This document shows, one piece after another, positions 28,931 through 39,157 of a DNA stretch of 64,000 bases (the first letter of the stretch is position 1; each line of letters begins with the position of its first letter). The stretch comes from an uncultured Alphaproteobacteria bacterium. Lineage in GTDB: Bacteria; Pseudomonadota; Alphaproteobacteria; RF32; CAG-239. A program made the position numbers and the translations under genes. The notes beneath the pieces were generated by a model, which was not told where the DNA came from, did no database searches, and saw only the letters and a list, made by a program, of their open reading frames with translations. The stretch spans positions 994-64,993 of the forward strand of contig CALYAY010000010.1 of the NCBI GenBank assembly GCA_944393695.1. The letters run 5' to 3'.

Positions 28931-31405
28931 ATGATAGATAAAATAAAAGTCCGCGGTGCCAGAGTGCATAACCTGAAAAATATTGACGTTGACATCCCTC
29001 TCAACCAAATTGTGGCTGTTGCCGGCGTCTCCGGCTCAGGCAAATCATCGCTGGCCCTGGGCGTTTTATACGCCGAAGGCTCCAGACGCTATCTGGAAGC
29101 GCTTTCCACCTACACCCGCCGCCGCATGACCCAGGCCGAAAAAGCCCTGGTAGACGAAGTATTATACATTCCGGCAGCTCTGGCTCTCCGCCAGCGTCCG
29201 GGCGTCCCCGGCATCCGCAGCACCTTCGGCACCGGAACCGAACTGCTCAATAGCCTGCGACTGATGTATTCAAGACTGGCCTCTCACCGCTGCCCCAACG
29301 GCCATTATCTTGCCCCCACCCTGGCCGTAGCCGCCGGTCAGGAACTCACCTGCCCGCAATGCGGCATCAGATTTTATGCTCCTTCCGCCGAAGAACTGGC
29401 CTTCAACAGTCAGGGCGCCTGCCGCACCTGCGACGGCACCGGCATCATCCGCACCGTTGACCAGTCCACTCTTGTTCCCGACGATTCTCTCTCCATAGAC
29501 GAAGGAGCCGTCGCCCCTTGGAACTCATTGATGTGGTCGCTGATGACCGACGTCTGCCGCGCCATGGGCGTGCGCACCGACGTTCCTTTCCGCGATTTGA
29601 GCGACCGCGAAAAAGACATCGTCTACCATGGCCCCGCCGAAAAGAAACACATTTTTTACAAATCCAAAAACTCCAACCAAGCCGGCGAACTTGATTTCAC
29701 CTACTACAACGCCTCCTACACCGTTGAAAACGCCCTGGCCAAGGTCAAAGACGAACAAGGCATGAAACGGGTGGAAAAATTCCTCAAACAGGAACCCTGC
29801 CCCGATTGTCACGGCAGCCGCTTGTCAGAAGCCGCCAGGGCTCCTCTGCTGCGGGGAATTGCCCTGGATGTTGCCTGTCAAAAACCGCTGTCCGAACTTG
29901 CCGAATGGGTAAACGGCGTCCCTGCCTCTCTGCCCGAAGCAATGCGCCCCATGGCCGAAAGCATTTGCGAAGCCTTTCAATCCACAGCCAGACGCCTGTT
30001 GGATCTGGGGCTTGGCTATCTCTCGCTTGACCGTGCCGCCTCCACCCTTTCCACCGGCGAACGCCAACGCATGCAGCTTGCCCGCGCCGTCCGCAACCGC
30101 ACCACCGGCGTTTTATATGTTCTGGACGAACCTTCCATCGGCCTGCATCCGGCCAACATCGTCGGTCTCAACGGCGTCATGCATGACTTAATCGCCGACG
30201 GCAACTCCGTTGTCCTCGTTGACCATGACACGCAGATTCTCGCTCAAGCCGACTGGCTGATTGAACTCGGCCCCCAAGCCGGCGCCAACGGCGGCAGAAT
30301 CATCGCCGAAGGCACGATTCCCCAAATCAAAAACAACCCCGCTTCCCAAATCGCCCCGTTCTTTTCAACCGCCAAACCGCTTACCCCAAAAAACGACAAA
30401 AACCAAATATTCGCCCTCGGCACCATCAGCCTTTCCACCGATCCCGTCCACACCGTTAAACCGCTGAATGTAAACATTCCCAAAGGCCGGCTGACCGTTG
30501 TAACCGGCGTTTCCGGCTCCGGTAAAACCACCCTGATTCTTGAAAGCCTGGTTCCGGCGCTTGAAGCCGCCGTTAATCACCAAAAACTGCCGCCGCATGT
30601 TATATCTGTCGATGCCCCGGGCATAAAACAGGTAAAACTCATTGACGCCACCCCCATCGGCATCAACATCCGCTCCACCGTGGCAACCTACGCCAATGTT
30701 CACGACGAGCTGCGTAAAATCTTTGCCAAAACCGACGCCGCCCGGCAGCAGGGTTTCAAAGCCGGTGATTTTTCTTATAACACCGGAAAACTGCGCTGTC
30801 CTGTCTGTGACGGCACCGGCATTATAAATCTTGACGTACAATTCCTGCCCGACGTTGAAATCCCCTGCCCGGAATGCCGAGGCTCCCGTTATGCCCGCCA
30901 GGCCGAAAGCATAAAATACACCGGCAAAAACGGCAAAGCCTGCTCACTGCCCGAACTTATGGACATGGATGTAAATACGGCCCTGAAAGCCTGCGAAGAT
31001 CTGAAAATCGTCCGCCAACGGCTGCAGATTTTACAAGAACTGGGCCTCGGCTACCTCACCCTCGGCGAAGAAACGCCCGGACTTTCCGGCGGTGAGGCTC
31101 AGCGCCTCAAACTTGCCGGCGAAATGGGCAAAACCCAGTCTGATTCTGTTTTTGTCTTTGATGAACCGACCATCGGCCTCCACCCGCTCGATGTCCAAAA
31201 TCTGCTCGGTGTTTTTCAAACCCTCATCAAACACGGCGCCACCGTCATCGTCATCGAACACGACCTCGACGTCATCCGCCATGCTGATTACATCATTGAC
31301 ATGGGCCCCGGCGGCGGAACCGACGGCGGACAAATCGTCGCTGCCGGCACTCCGGAACAAATTGCCGCCACCCCGGCCAGTATTACCGGCAGATTTTTAA
31401 AATAA
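28931..31405 (+). CDS. UvrA-family ABC ATPase, a short (class II-like) UvrA paralog
   Basis: 'IKVRGARVHNLKNIDVDIPLNQIVAVAGVSGSGKSSLA', Zn-finger CxxC pairs and two ABC modules. It is only about 820 aa from the Met at 28931, versus about 940 for canonical UvrA, which suggests loss of the UvrB-binding insertion. Confidence 0.8.
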   Translation: MIDKIKVRGARVHNLKNIDVDIPLNQIVAVAGVSGSGKSSLALGVLYAEGSRRYLEALSTYTRRRMTQAEKALVDEVLYIPAALALRQRPGVPGIRSTFGTGTELLNSLRLMYSRLASHRCPNGHYLAPTLAVAAGQELTCPQCGIRFYAPSAEELAFNSQGACRTCDGTGIIRTVDQSTLVPDDSLSIDEGAVAPWNSLMWSLMTDVCRAMGVRTDVPFRDLSDREKDIVYHGPAEKKHIFYKSKNSNQAGELDFTYYNASYTVENALAKVKDEQGMKRVEKFLKQEPCPDCHGSRLSEAARAPLLRGIALDVACQKPLSELAEWVNGVPASLPEAMRPMAESICEAFQSTARRLLDLGLGYLSLDRAASTLSTGERQRMQLARAVRNRTTGVLYVLDEPSIGLHPANIVGLNGVMHDLIADGNSVVLVDHDTQILAQADWLIELGPQAGANGGRIIAEGTIPQIKNNPASQIAPFFSTAKPLTPKNDKNQIFALGTISLSTDPVHTVKPLNVNIPKGRLTVVTGVSGSGKTTLILESLVPALEAAVNHQKLPPHVISVDAPGIKQVKLIDATPIGINIRSTVATYANVHDELRKIFAKTDAARQQGFKAGDFSYNTGKLRCPVCDGTGIINLDVQFLPDVEIPCPECRGSRYARQAESIKYTGKNGKACSLPELMDMDVNTALKACEDLKIVRQRLQILQELGLGYLTLGEETPGLSGGEAQRLKLAGEMGKTQSDSVFVFDEPTIGLHPLDVQNLLGVFQTLIKHGATVIVIEHDLDVIRHADYIIDMGPGGGTDGGQIVAAGTPEQIAATPASITGRFLK

Positions 31406-31486
31406 AAAAGCTTGCCTGTTTTCCCAAACAAGAGTAACATCGCCTCAAATAAAAATTATTGTTAAACTATTAAAAACCTTACAATT

Positions 31487-31915
31487 ATGAAAACAAAACT
31501 TTTTCTTGTTCCGATGCTGTGCTTAATCGCCTTATGTCTCGGCGGTTGTTCATGGTTTGACAGTGCGCCGGTTGAACCGCGGATTATCGGCTCCGGCCAT
31601 ATGAAATACGACCGCGGCATTTATTATGTGGAAATTGACTCCGTTCGCTACGCCCCCGTCAGAATTCTGACTGGAGAAAAAGAAGGCCGCACCGGTTCGC
31701 TGATTGAAGTTCCGCCCATCGACGGTATGCAGATTACCTGTTTTCGGCTCAAGGACGCCCCGGAAATTCAGGCCATCATCGGGCTTAAAAACCCCGGACA
31801 AATTGAAGCTCTCTTCCACAAAAATTATATGGGATCGGTAATCATCGGCTCAATCGCCATAATCTGTTTTATCGGTGTTATTATTCATGAATCCCAAACC
31901 CCGAAAAAACATTAA
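31487..31915 (+). CDS. Lipoprotein, hypothetical
   Basis: Lipobox 'LCLGGCS', 142 aa, followed by a GCCGTCT-ccgc-AGACGGC-T8 terminator at 31927..31952. Confidence 0.5.
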   Translation: MKTKLFLVPMLCLIALCLGGCSWFDSAPVEPRIIGSGHMKYDRGIYYVEIDSVRYAPVRILTGEKEGRTGSLIEVPPIDGMQITCFRLKDAPEIQAIIGLKNPGQIEALFHKNYMGSVIIGSIAIICFIGVIIHESQTPKKH

Positions 31916-32018
31916 TCTTAACCTCACGCCGTCTCCGCAGACGGCTTTTTTTTACATTTCATCATCCGGCAACAAAAAAAGACCTTTCTGTCAGCAGAAA
32001 GGTCTTTAATAAGCTCAA

Positions 32019-33449
32019 TCAGGATTTACTCTTTTTTTCAACTGAGCCCGATCCCAATTTTTTCAAAAAGGCTTTGCCTTCTTCTGATGTTGCAAGGGTT
32101 TCAAGCATTCCTGCCAGATTAAAACCGCCTTTGGGCGAAAACAAACCAACGGCACCGTTAACACCTTCCGCAACATTTCCGGCTCCGGCAATAATTTTAA
32201 TATCCGCGCCCTTAATGTTCTCGGCCTGCGTCAATCCGACTTTCTCATTAGCTTCAATCTGGCGAATCTGAATCAGATAACTCTGATATCCCTCGTTTGT
32301 ACCGATTTCGCTTGCCAGTTTCAATTGCGCCTCAACCGATGCCATTTGCATCTGCTTTTCGGCCGAAGCTTTGGCATCACCTTCCTGCTTGATACCTTCT
32401 GCCGATTTGGAAGCCGTAATCAAAGAACCTTCGGCCTTTTTGGTCGTCATAATCAATTCGGCTTCGGCATCGCGCTCGGCTTTTGCCTTTGCGGCATCGG
32501 CATTAATTTCGGTTTCACGTTTTTTGGCTTCGGCGGTAATAATGGTCTTTTCTTTTTCAATCTCGGCCCTTTTAACCGTTTCCACCCTTTGAACTTCCAT
32601 TTCCTTTTCCTTAGTCAGCTTGGCCTGTTCCTTAACGGCCTGAGAAGACTGTTCATCGGCAATGCCGACTTCCTTGGCAACCTCGGCCTTTCGCAAACCC
32701 ACCTGCTGATTGGCTTCCTGTTCTTTCAGATCAATCTGACGCTGGGCTTCAATTTCAGCTTCCTTGGCTTCCTGATTGTTCTTAGCCACAGCGACACGGG
32801 ATTCCTTCTCAATTTCTGATTTCTTTTTTCTCATAATATTGGAAATAACCTCTTCGCCATGAGCATCCCTGACATCCATCAACTCAATGTTTTTCACGGT
32901 TTCAACGCCCCATGATTTCAACTCATCCTTAACTTCGTCGGTAAACTGCTGCCCATACTTGGAACGCTCGCCCATAATCTCATTCAGAAAATCCTTGGCC
33001 AGAATAGAACGAACCGCACCTTGCACAATACTGAGCAACTGAGCTTTCAACTCGCCAATCTGACTGATGCGGGAAGCTGCAACCTCATAATCCGCGATAC
33101 GGAAAAAAGATTGAATATCAACGACAAACGGAACCCTTTCTTTATCAAAGGCATCATAATCATTAATATCAATGCCAAAGATAGACAAGGGCATTTTCGT
33201 CACCGTCACCCCCAGATACGGAATGGAAATAGGAAATTCATAATAGCTGTTGCCGCAAAACTGCTTTGCCTGTTCAGGATTCCCCTGTGCCGGAGTTCCG
33301 TACACCATGGTATTTTTTCCCCGTCGCACAATATGAACCTCATTTGTCGGAACAACCCGGCGGAGAGAAAAAATCCATCTGACAATCAAAATCACAACCA
33401 CTGCGCAAACAACGCAAATACCCATCACAACATAAGTCATTGCACTCAT
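32019..33449 (-). CDS. Flotillin-like SPFH/band-7 protein (YqiK family)
   Basis: N-terminal TM, an SPFH domain, and a long EA-rich coiled coil ('AEAKKRETEINADAAKAKAERDAEAE'). Confidence 0.85.
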   Translation of the reverse strand: MSAMTYVVMGICVVCAVVVILIVRWIFSLRRVVPTNEVHIVRRGKNTMVYGTPAQGNPEQAKQFCGNSYYEFPISIPYLGVTVTKMPLSIFGIDINDYDAFDKERVPFVVDIQSFFRIADYEVAASRISQIGELKAQLLSIVQGAVRSILAKDFLNEIMGERSKYGQQFTDEVKDELKSWGVETVKNIELMDVRDAHGEEVISNIMRKKKSEIEKESRVAVAKNNQEAKEAEIEAQRQIDLKEQEANQQVGLRKAEVAKEVGIADEQSSQAVKEQAKLTKEKEMEVQRVETVKRAEIEKEKTIITAEAKKRETEINADAAKAKAERDAEAELIMTTKKAEGSLITASKSAEGIKQEGDAKASAEKQMQMASVEAQLKLASEIGTNEGYQSYLIQIRQIEANEKVGLTQAENIKGADIKIIAGAGNVAEGVNGAVGLFSPKGGFNLAGMLETLATSEEGKAFLKKLGSGSVEKKSKS

Positions 33450-33701
33450 AATTTTTAAAATTTTAAATGAAACATATAGTTAACTGTAAAAATCACGATA
33501 AATGACCTGCTTTTCATAATGCATAGTCACAATAATATCAAATACAGCGACAACATATAGCATAACAAGTAAAAAGGCAAGACATATTTTGTCGTAAAAA
33601 ATCATAATTTTTGTCCTTAATTTCTCTTTTAAGTTTGCAACAATAAAAACTTTGTATTACCATACGACTGGTTCATAATAAAATACGGGAGTAAAAACAA
33701 T

Positions 33702-34391
33702 ATGGAAATCAAAAACATTTTTTGGGATGTTGACGGAGTTTTGGCAAATCTGAACTATGCCTATTATAATTTTCTCACCAAACATCCCAAATATGCGCCC
33801 AGATACGGAAATATCAAATGGGAAGAACTTCCTGAAGTACTGCCCATAGACCCCAAATACGGAGCTCTGGAACTCAAAACCCATCCGGAACTCGGAACAG
33901 AAATGGACTACGATTTCTGCCACTCTCCCGAATTTTTCTGTAATCGCCCTCTGTACCCAAACGTAATTAACGTCCTGAAAGAGCTGAATCAAAAAGGATA
34001 CCGCCAGTTTACAATGTCGGCAACTTTCGACGTCGAAACCAAGAAAAAATTCTTAAACACCCTGTTAAAAGACGTAACGGACTTTCTAACCATTGAATGC
34101 GTGCAGCACGGCAAATTTATGCATGACACCGCCAAAGAAGACATGCTGAAAGAATGTTATAAAAAATATGGCCTGAAAGCAGAAGAAACCGTATTGGTTG
34201 ATGACCGTATCTACAACCAGCAGGCTGCAATCAAAAGCGGCGCCCATCCTGTGCGTATGCGCTGCGAGTTTACGACAGACCTGCCCGAAGAGCTCAAATG
34301 GATTCCCGAAGTCAAAGACGTGGTCGAATTCAAAAACTGGCTGTATAAAAATACAACACATAACGAAAAAACAAACTCCTCACATACCTAA
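33702..34391 (+). CDS. HAD-superfamily 5'(3')-deoxyribonucleotidase-like protein
   Basis: N-terminal 'IFWDVDGVLANL' DxD motif I of the HAD fold, and 'LVDD' motif IV. Lower GC than the neighbours. Confidence 0.5.
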   Translation: MEIKNIFWDVDGVLANLNYAYYNFLTKHPKYAPRYGNIKWEELPEVLPIDPKYGALELKTHPELGTEMDYDFCHSPEFFCNRPLYPNVINVLKELNQKGYRQFTMSATFDVETKKKFLNTLLKDVTDFLTIECVQHGKFMHDTAKEDMLKECYKKYGLKAEETVLVDDRIYNQQAAIKSGAHPVRMRCEFTTDLPEELKWIPEVKDVVEFKNWLYKNTTHNEKTNSSHT

Positions 34392-34512
34392 TTAATCAAA
34401 TCCGGACAACACGGCAAATTTATCCGATAAAAATATTGATTTTACAAAAATTTTATCTTATACAGAGTATAAATAAGAAAAATTATGTCAAATTATTAAA
34501 AACTAAATTTTT

Positions 34513-34881
34513 ATGAAAAACGAAAAATTAATTCAGGCAAAAAACGAATTAAAACAGTATTTTGACATTGTGGAACATATCGGATGCTTGTTTTACTGCG
34601 AACAAATGTTCAACCACTGGGCTTACTTGGATATTTTATCCGACTTAAGAAAAAAGTTAAAACTGCCGATAAATCTGATTATACAAGGCCCGAACAATAC
34701 TCTTAACTACTATGGCGATTTGTATTTTGCCAAAAACTTGTCCCGCGAATTTCCAAGACCTCTCGGACATCCGCAAGAGGAGAGCTCTCTTGACAGCGAA
34801 CAAGGCAAAGTCTGGCGCTGGCACTCCGATTATCTGAAACAAAAAATGACTCCGAAAGAAATTTTCAACCTTGCAGTCTGA
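34513..34881 (+). CDS. Hypothetical protein (122 aa)
   Basis: ORF only. Confidence 0.3.
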   Translation: MKNEKLIQAKNELKQYFDIVEHIGCLFYCEQMFNHWAYLDILSDLRKKLKLPINLIIQGPNNTLNYYGDLYFAKNLSREFPRPLGHPQEESSLDSEQGKVWRWHSDYLKQKMTPKEIFNLAV

Positions 34882-34923
34882 AACGGTAGTCGCCGCACCG
34901 CTGATTTGAAAAATCACAACTTA

Positions 34924-34957
34924 CCAATAAAAAACCACCCGTCAGGGTGGTTTTTTA
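34924..34957. terminator. Bidirectional terminator: a perfect 17-bp palindrome CCAATAAAAAACCACCC-GTCA-GGGTGGTTTTTTATTGG
   Basis: GC-rich stem flanked by an A-run and a T-run, so it is functional in both directions. Confidence 0.6.
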
Positions 34958-35008
34958 TTGGTGTGATTTATAAAGAAAAAGTCGTCATTTCTGACGACTT
35001 GTTAGTGT

Positions 35009-35085
35009 TGGTCGGATTGACTGGACTTGAACCAGCGACCTCTTCGTCCCGAACGAAGCGTTCTACCAGGCTGAACTACAATCCG
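35009..35085 (-). tRNA. tRNA-Pro (anticodon CGG)
   Basis: 77-nt cloverleaf on the minus strand. CGGATTG/CAATCCG acceptor, anticodon arm CTTCG-TTCGGGA-CGAAG, T-loop TTCAAGT, encoded CCA. A GTCGTCA-tttc-TGACGAC hairpin lies just downstream (34981-34998). Confidence 0.85.
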
Positions 35086-35181
35086 TTCCGTCAAGCAACA
35101 GTATGTTTACCACATAAAAAAAATTTTACAAGCCTAAAATTCACTTTTTTTGCTTTTTTTCACAAAAACAAACAGATAAGC

Positions 35182-35496
35182 TCATTTTTCAAAGATACAT
35201 TTGCTGCTGTTATAATAACTGGCCCGCACCACACCGCGCACCACCATAAAAATCGTCTGACAGTACTTGGTGCCGTAAACCCCGCGCGACGCATCCGATA
35301 CATTGGTGTTATACACCACATAATTGCGCTCGTCTTCATAAAAAGTAAAATCCGGAAGCCCGAAAGCCGTAATCAGCTCTTTTTCCGGCAAACCGACATA
35401 TTCCGAAAACCTCGGCCGGTAATCTTCCGTCGGTGATGTCGTACAGCCGGCCAGAACAAACAAAAACGCTGCCGCCGCAAATTTCAGCTTTTTCAT
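35182..35496 (-). CDS. Lipoprotein, hypothetical
   Basis: 'MKKLKFAAAAFLFVLAGCTT' lipobox. Confidence 0.45.
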   Translation of the reverse strand: MKKLKFAAAAFLFVLAGCTTSPTEDYRPRFSEYVGLPEKELITAFGLPDFTFYEDERNYVVYNTNVSDASRGVYGTKYCQTIFMVVRGVVRASYYNSSKCIFEK

Positions 35497-35557
35497 TCAA
35501 TACACCCAAAGTCATAAACCTTTTTCCTGATGATAAGCCAAATACTTTAAAACAGGG

Positions 35558-36433
35558 TTAACATCCCTCTTTCCGCGAAGCCAGCATAATTCCGACAATA
35601 ACCATTCCTCCGCCCAGAACCTGAACCGCCGAAAATCCTTCATTCAAAAAATAATATGCCTCTATTCCGCTGAAAAACGGCAAAAGATAATAAATCACAC
35701 CGGCCTTGATACTGCCGATTTTGGTCAAAGCCCAGTTCCAAGCCAGATAAGCCCCCACCGAATTAAATACCCCTAGATAAATCAAAACCTCAATATCAAC
35801 CGGAGTCAAACTCAACAGTTGCTTTGCCCCCGTCTGCCACAAAGCCAGCGGCAGCAAAAACACAAGGCTCACCGCTGACGATGCCGCCAGCAGCGCCGTT
35901 TGCGAAACCCCGACCGGACGTTTATTCTGCAAAACCGAATAAACAGCAAAACACAAGGCATTAACCAAAATCAAAATATCTCCGCAAGAAAAATCCAATC
36001 CGAGCAAAATGCTCATTTTTCCCCGAGAGACAATCACCAAAACCCCGACCAGCGCCACAACAAATCCCCAAAACTGCGGCGGGGAAATCCTCGTCTTAAA
36101 AAACACTCTCGCCAGCAAAGCAATAAAAATCGGCGCTGTCAGACTCAACAGGCTCATATTCAGCGGCGTATCCTCCCGTCCGGCAAAATAAATCAGAGTA
36201 TTGTCCAATACCATACCGCTGACGGCCAATCCCACCAACAAACGCCAATTCTGCAGCAGAACACGCCTTATCCGTATCAACTCCCGCCACACCAACGGCA
36301 CCAAAATCAGCACCGCCACCAGCCATCGTCCGAATGACAGTTCATACGGCGTCAGCGAATAAGCAAAATAAGCCGCAATAATATAATTAAAACTCCACAA
36401 AAACACTGCCGCCAAAGCTGCCGCATATCCCAT
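35558..36433 (-). CDS. Drug/metabolite transporter (DMT) superfamily permease (EamA-like, 10 TM)
   Basis: Two EamA-type 5-TM repeats, 291 aa. Confidence 0.8.
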   Translation of the reverse strand: MGYAAALAAVFLWSFNYIIAAYFAYSLTPYELSFGRWLVAVLILVPLVWRELIRIRRVLLQNWRLLVGLAVSGMVLDNTLIYFAGREDTPLNMSLLSLTAPIFIALLARVFFKTRISPPQFWGFVVALVGVLVIVSRGKMSILLGLDFSCGDILILVNALCFAVYSVLQNKRPVGVSQTALLAASSAVSLVFLLPLALWQTGAKQLLSLTPVDIEVLIYLGVFNSVGAYLAWNWALTKIGSIKAGVIYYLLPFFSGIEAYYFLNEGFSAVQVLGGGMVIVGIMLASRKEGC

Positions 36434-36488
36434 CTGTTGTCACTCCGATTTTATGAACGTCATTTCCCTCACTCAATAAAATCCGGAC

Positions 36489-37169
36489 TTAGGCATCATA
36501 TTTCCGGGTGCAAAAAAACCAATCCTGACAATGCAGCGAATGATCACTGTTATCCGCCCGCAGATTCATTTCGTTCACGTTTTCCGGAGCCGAAGCCAAA
36601 ACTTCTTCTCCCGGCTGCCAGTCGGCCGGTGTCGACAGATCACTGGCATCCGTCATCTGCAGCGCTTCAATAATCCGTTTAATCTCCTTAAAATTCCGTC
36701 CAGTAGACAGTGGATAATACAAAATCGTCCGCACCTTCCCTTCCGGATCAATCACAAACACCGCCCGCACGGTTTTGTCGGAACTAAGTGCCTCATGAAT
36801 CATGCCGTACTTTGCAGCCACCACGCCTTTGACATCGGCAATAATCGGAAAATTTACCGACTGCCCCGTATAATCGTGAAAACGGATATGATCCTGAATT
36901 TCCTTCACCCAGGCCAGATGAGACGACGTGCTGTCCACCGACAATCCCAAAAGCACCGCATTGATTTCTTCAAATTCGTCCTGCATAGAAGCCAGAGTTG
37001 CAATCTCCGAAGTACAAACCGGCGTAAAATCAGAAGGATGAGAAAACAATACCACCCACTTCCCGGCGTAATCCTGAGGAAAATTAACTTTTCCCATTGT
37101 TGTCTCTGCGTAAAATTCCGGAGCTCTCTGCCCCAAAGAAGGAAAACAGACCCGGCCATTTTCACTCAT
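36489..37169 (-). CDS. 1-Cys peroxiredoxin (Prx6 subfamily)
   Basis: 'GKWVVLFSHPSDFTPVCTSE' peroxidatic Cys motif. Confidence 0.85.
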   Translation of the reverse strand: MSENGRVCFPSLGQRAPEFYAETTMGKVNFPQDYAGKWVVLFSHPSDFTPVCTSEIATLASMQDEFEEINAVLLGLSVDSTSSHLAWVKEIQDHIRFHDYTGQSVNFPIIADVKGVVAAKYGMIHEALSSDKTVRAVFVIDPEGKVRTILYYPLSTGRNFKEIKRIIEALQMTDASDLSTPADWQPGEEVLASAPENVNEMNLRADNSDHSLHCQDWFFCTRKYDA

Positions 37170-37313
37170 AACTTTTTCTCCTAAAATGTGAATTTCTGCA
37201 AAGACATATACTTTATTTTGTATTTTTCAAACAGATAAAAAGCTTTACTTTCTGTATTCAAAAAAAATCCCGCTGGCTCAAAACAAGCCGACGGGATAAT
37301 CACTAAAACGACG

Positions 37314-37898
37314 TTAAAAAGTCCAAACCGCACGAACCCTGTAATTGCCGTGCTTATAACCGGAAAGGCTTTTCTGACTGTTTTTACAGAATAAAACAGC
37401 GCGATAAGCATTCTTCTGAGTAGCCGTCCAATAACGTTCATCCGGATGCAATATCTCCTTCCCCAACTTTTCCAAAGCCGGATTTATCTCCTCAATGTTA
37501 TCAAAGATTTTTGAGTACTCATCCTTTGTCGGCATAAAAACTTCATCGCACCAGACACCGTCAAACGAATAACCGGCACACCATTCTGCCGCTCCGAACC
37601 ATGAGCATCGTGTTTCTTCCAAGCCTAAAATCAGCCCGTGCCGACCACTTACATCAACCCGGGCAACCACTCCTGAAACACGTTTGCTGCAATCAAGTTC
37701 CTCTGAAAATGTCAGACCCTCATAAGAAAAGAACCCTGCTTTCAACGGTTGGAGAAAAACACTTTCCTGTGGCAATCCCAGCAAATTCTGCAAAAACGTC
37801 GCGCTGACATCATGATTCAGATACCAGCCCTTAACAACATCTTCCACCGAAAGTCCCAGTTTTCCGGCAACATTTTTTAACTCATTTAATTTATCCAT
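37314..37898 (-). CDS. DUF1566 (Lcl C-terminal domain)-containing protein
   Basis: 'AEWCAGYSFDGVWCDEVFMPTKDEY', 'ERYWTATQ', 'YRVRAVW' match the DUF1566 signature pattern, which is also present at the C-terminus of the 26282..28375 protein. Confidence 0.45.
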   Translation of the reverse strand: MDKLNELKNVAGKLGLSVEDVVKGWYLNHDVSATFLQNLLGLPQESVFLQPLKAGFFSYEGLTFSEELDCSKRVSGVVARVDVSGRHGLILGLEETRCSWFGAAEWCAGYSFDGVWCDEVFMPTKDEYSKIFDNIEEINPALEKLGKEILHPDERYWTATQKNAYRAVLFCKNSQKSLSGYKHGNYRVRAVWTF

Positions 37899-38053
37899 AA
37901 TACTAAAAAAAATAATTGGTTTTCAACCGCATACTATAACTTTTATCTTTTCTGTCAAGCGCAAAAAAAATTCAGCTTTCCCAACCGGCCTGTCTGATAT
38001 CAATTCTTGAACAGATCACAAAACAATGATATACTGAAAGCAAAAATCAACTG

Positions 38054-38998
38054 ATGAAAGAACACCTTATGTACACACAACAAAGTTTCAACAACAAAGT
38101 ACTCAACACCATAGTCGCAAAAACCGGTTTCATCCCGACCGATGAAGAATGCAAAGCCGTAGCCCACCATATGGAATACAACATCCGGGCCGATAAAAAC
38201 TTTGCAGACAACGGCCATCTTAAAATCTCCACCACAGAATTAAGAAAACATATCATTGCACAAATAAACACCAATCTGCACGCAAACGACCTCCCCCGGT
38301 ATGTGGAACAATACCGCAGCTATAAGAAGCTCCAAAAATACAACCTGCTCACCGGAAAAGAAAAACAAGACATCGCCGACATCGCACTGGGTCGGAAAAA
38401 AATTTCCGACTACGACGATAAAGAATATCTGAAAAATATTTACATCAAATATTTCAACCAGTCCCTCATGCCCAAAATTGAAAAAATCTCACTGCAAAAG
38501 AAAAACAACCTGCAATATCACGGACTTTGGCACACGGAACAAGTTGCCCTGCTCAGCATCGACATCGCCCTCCGGGAAAACCTCAATCCCCTGCCGGTAG
38601 TTTTAGCCGCCGGCCTCCACGACTGTGCCCGCACCTCCGACAAACATGACCCCGATCACGGCATAAACTGCAAACCTCTTGCTGAAGAGTTTCTCCGGAC
38701 TTATCCCGACCGCAGCCTCATAAGCGCAGAAGAAAAAACGCAAATCATTGAAGCCGTCGTCCTGCACAATTCACCCCGCCCTCCCCGGAACAATCATATT
38801 CTCGACTGCCTGCAAGACGCCGACGGCATGCGCCTGCTATGGTCGGGACGCCAGCACTTCACCCCCAACACCGACGCCGGCAGAAAATTAGCCTCCTACT
38901 CTCCCCGGCAGCAGATAAAATACATGGCCGCCCTGATAGAAAAGACACGGGCCGCAACCCCCTCCTTTTACAACGGCGGCAACTCTCTGACACGCTGA
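38054..38998 (+). CDS. HD-domain phosphohydrolase-like protein
   Basis: 'GLWHTEQVALLSIDIA...AAGLHDCAR' H...HD metal-binding motif. Confidence 0.5.
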   Translation: MKEHLMYTQQSFNNKVLNTIVAKTGFIPTDEECKAVAHHMEYNIRADKNFADNGHLKISTTELRKHIIAQINTNLHANDLPRYVEQYRSYKKLQKYNLLTGKEKQDIADIALGRKKISDYDDKEYLKNIYIKYFNQSLMPKIEKISLQKKNNLQYHGLWHTEQVALLSIDIALRENLNPLPVVLAAGLHDCARTSDKHDPDHGINCKPLAEEFLRTYPDRSLISAEEKTQIIEAVVLHNSPRPPRNNHILDCLQDADGMRLLWSGRQHFTPNTDAGRKLASYSPRQQIKYMAALIEKTRAATPSFYNGGNSLTR

Positions 38999-39157
38999 TG
39001 CTCCGCGGCAAATTGCCGCCTGACACGACAAGACGCACATACTCCCTCTAAAAAATCACACATCTGATATTTTCAGATACTTCATATTTTTTACTTGACT
39101 TAGAGTAGACTCTAAGAATTACTCTGTAACAGAACTCATTTTAGAAGGAGGAACATT

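Noticed and set aside
33657-33992. 111-aa minus-strand ORF overlapping the NT5C-like gene
   Set aside because: It is antisense to an ORF with a clear HAD DxD motif and RBS. The shorter, unsupported ORF was dropped.
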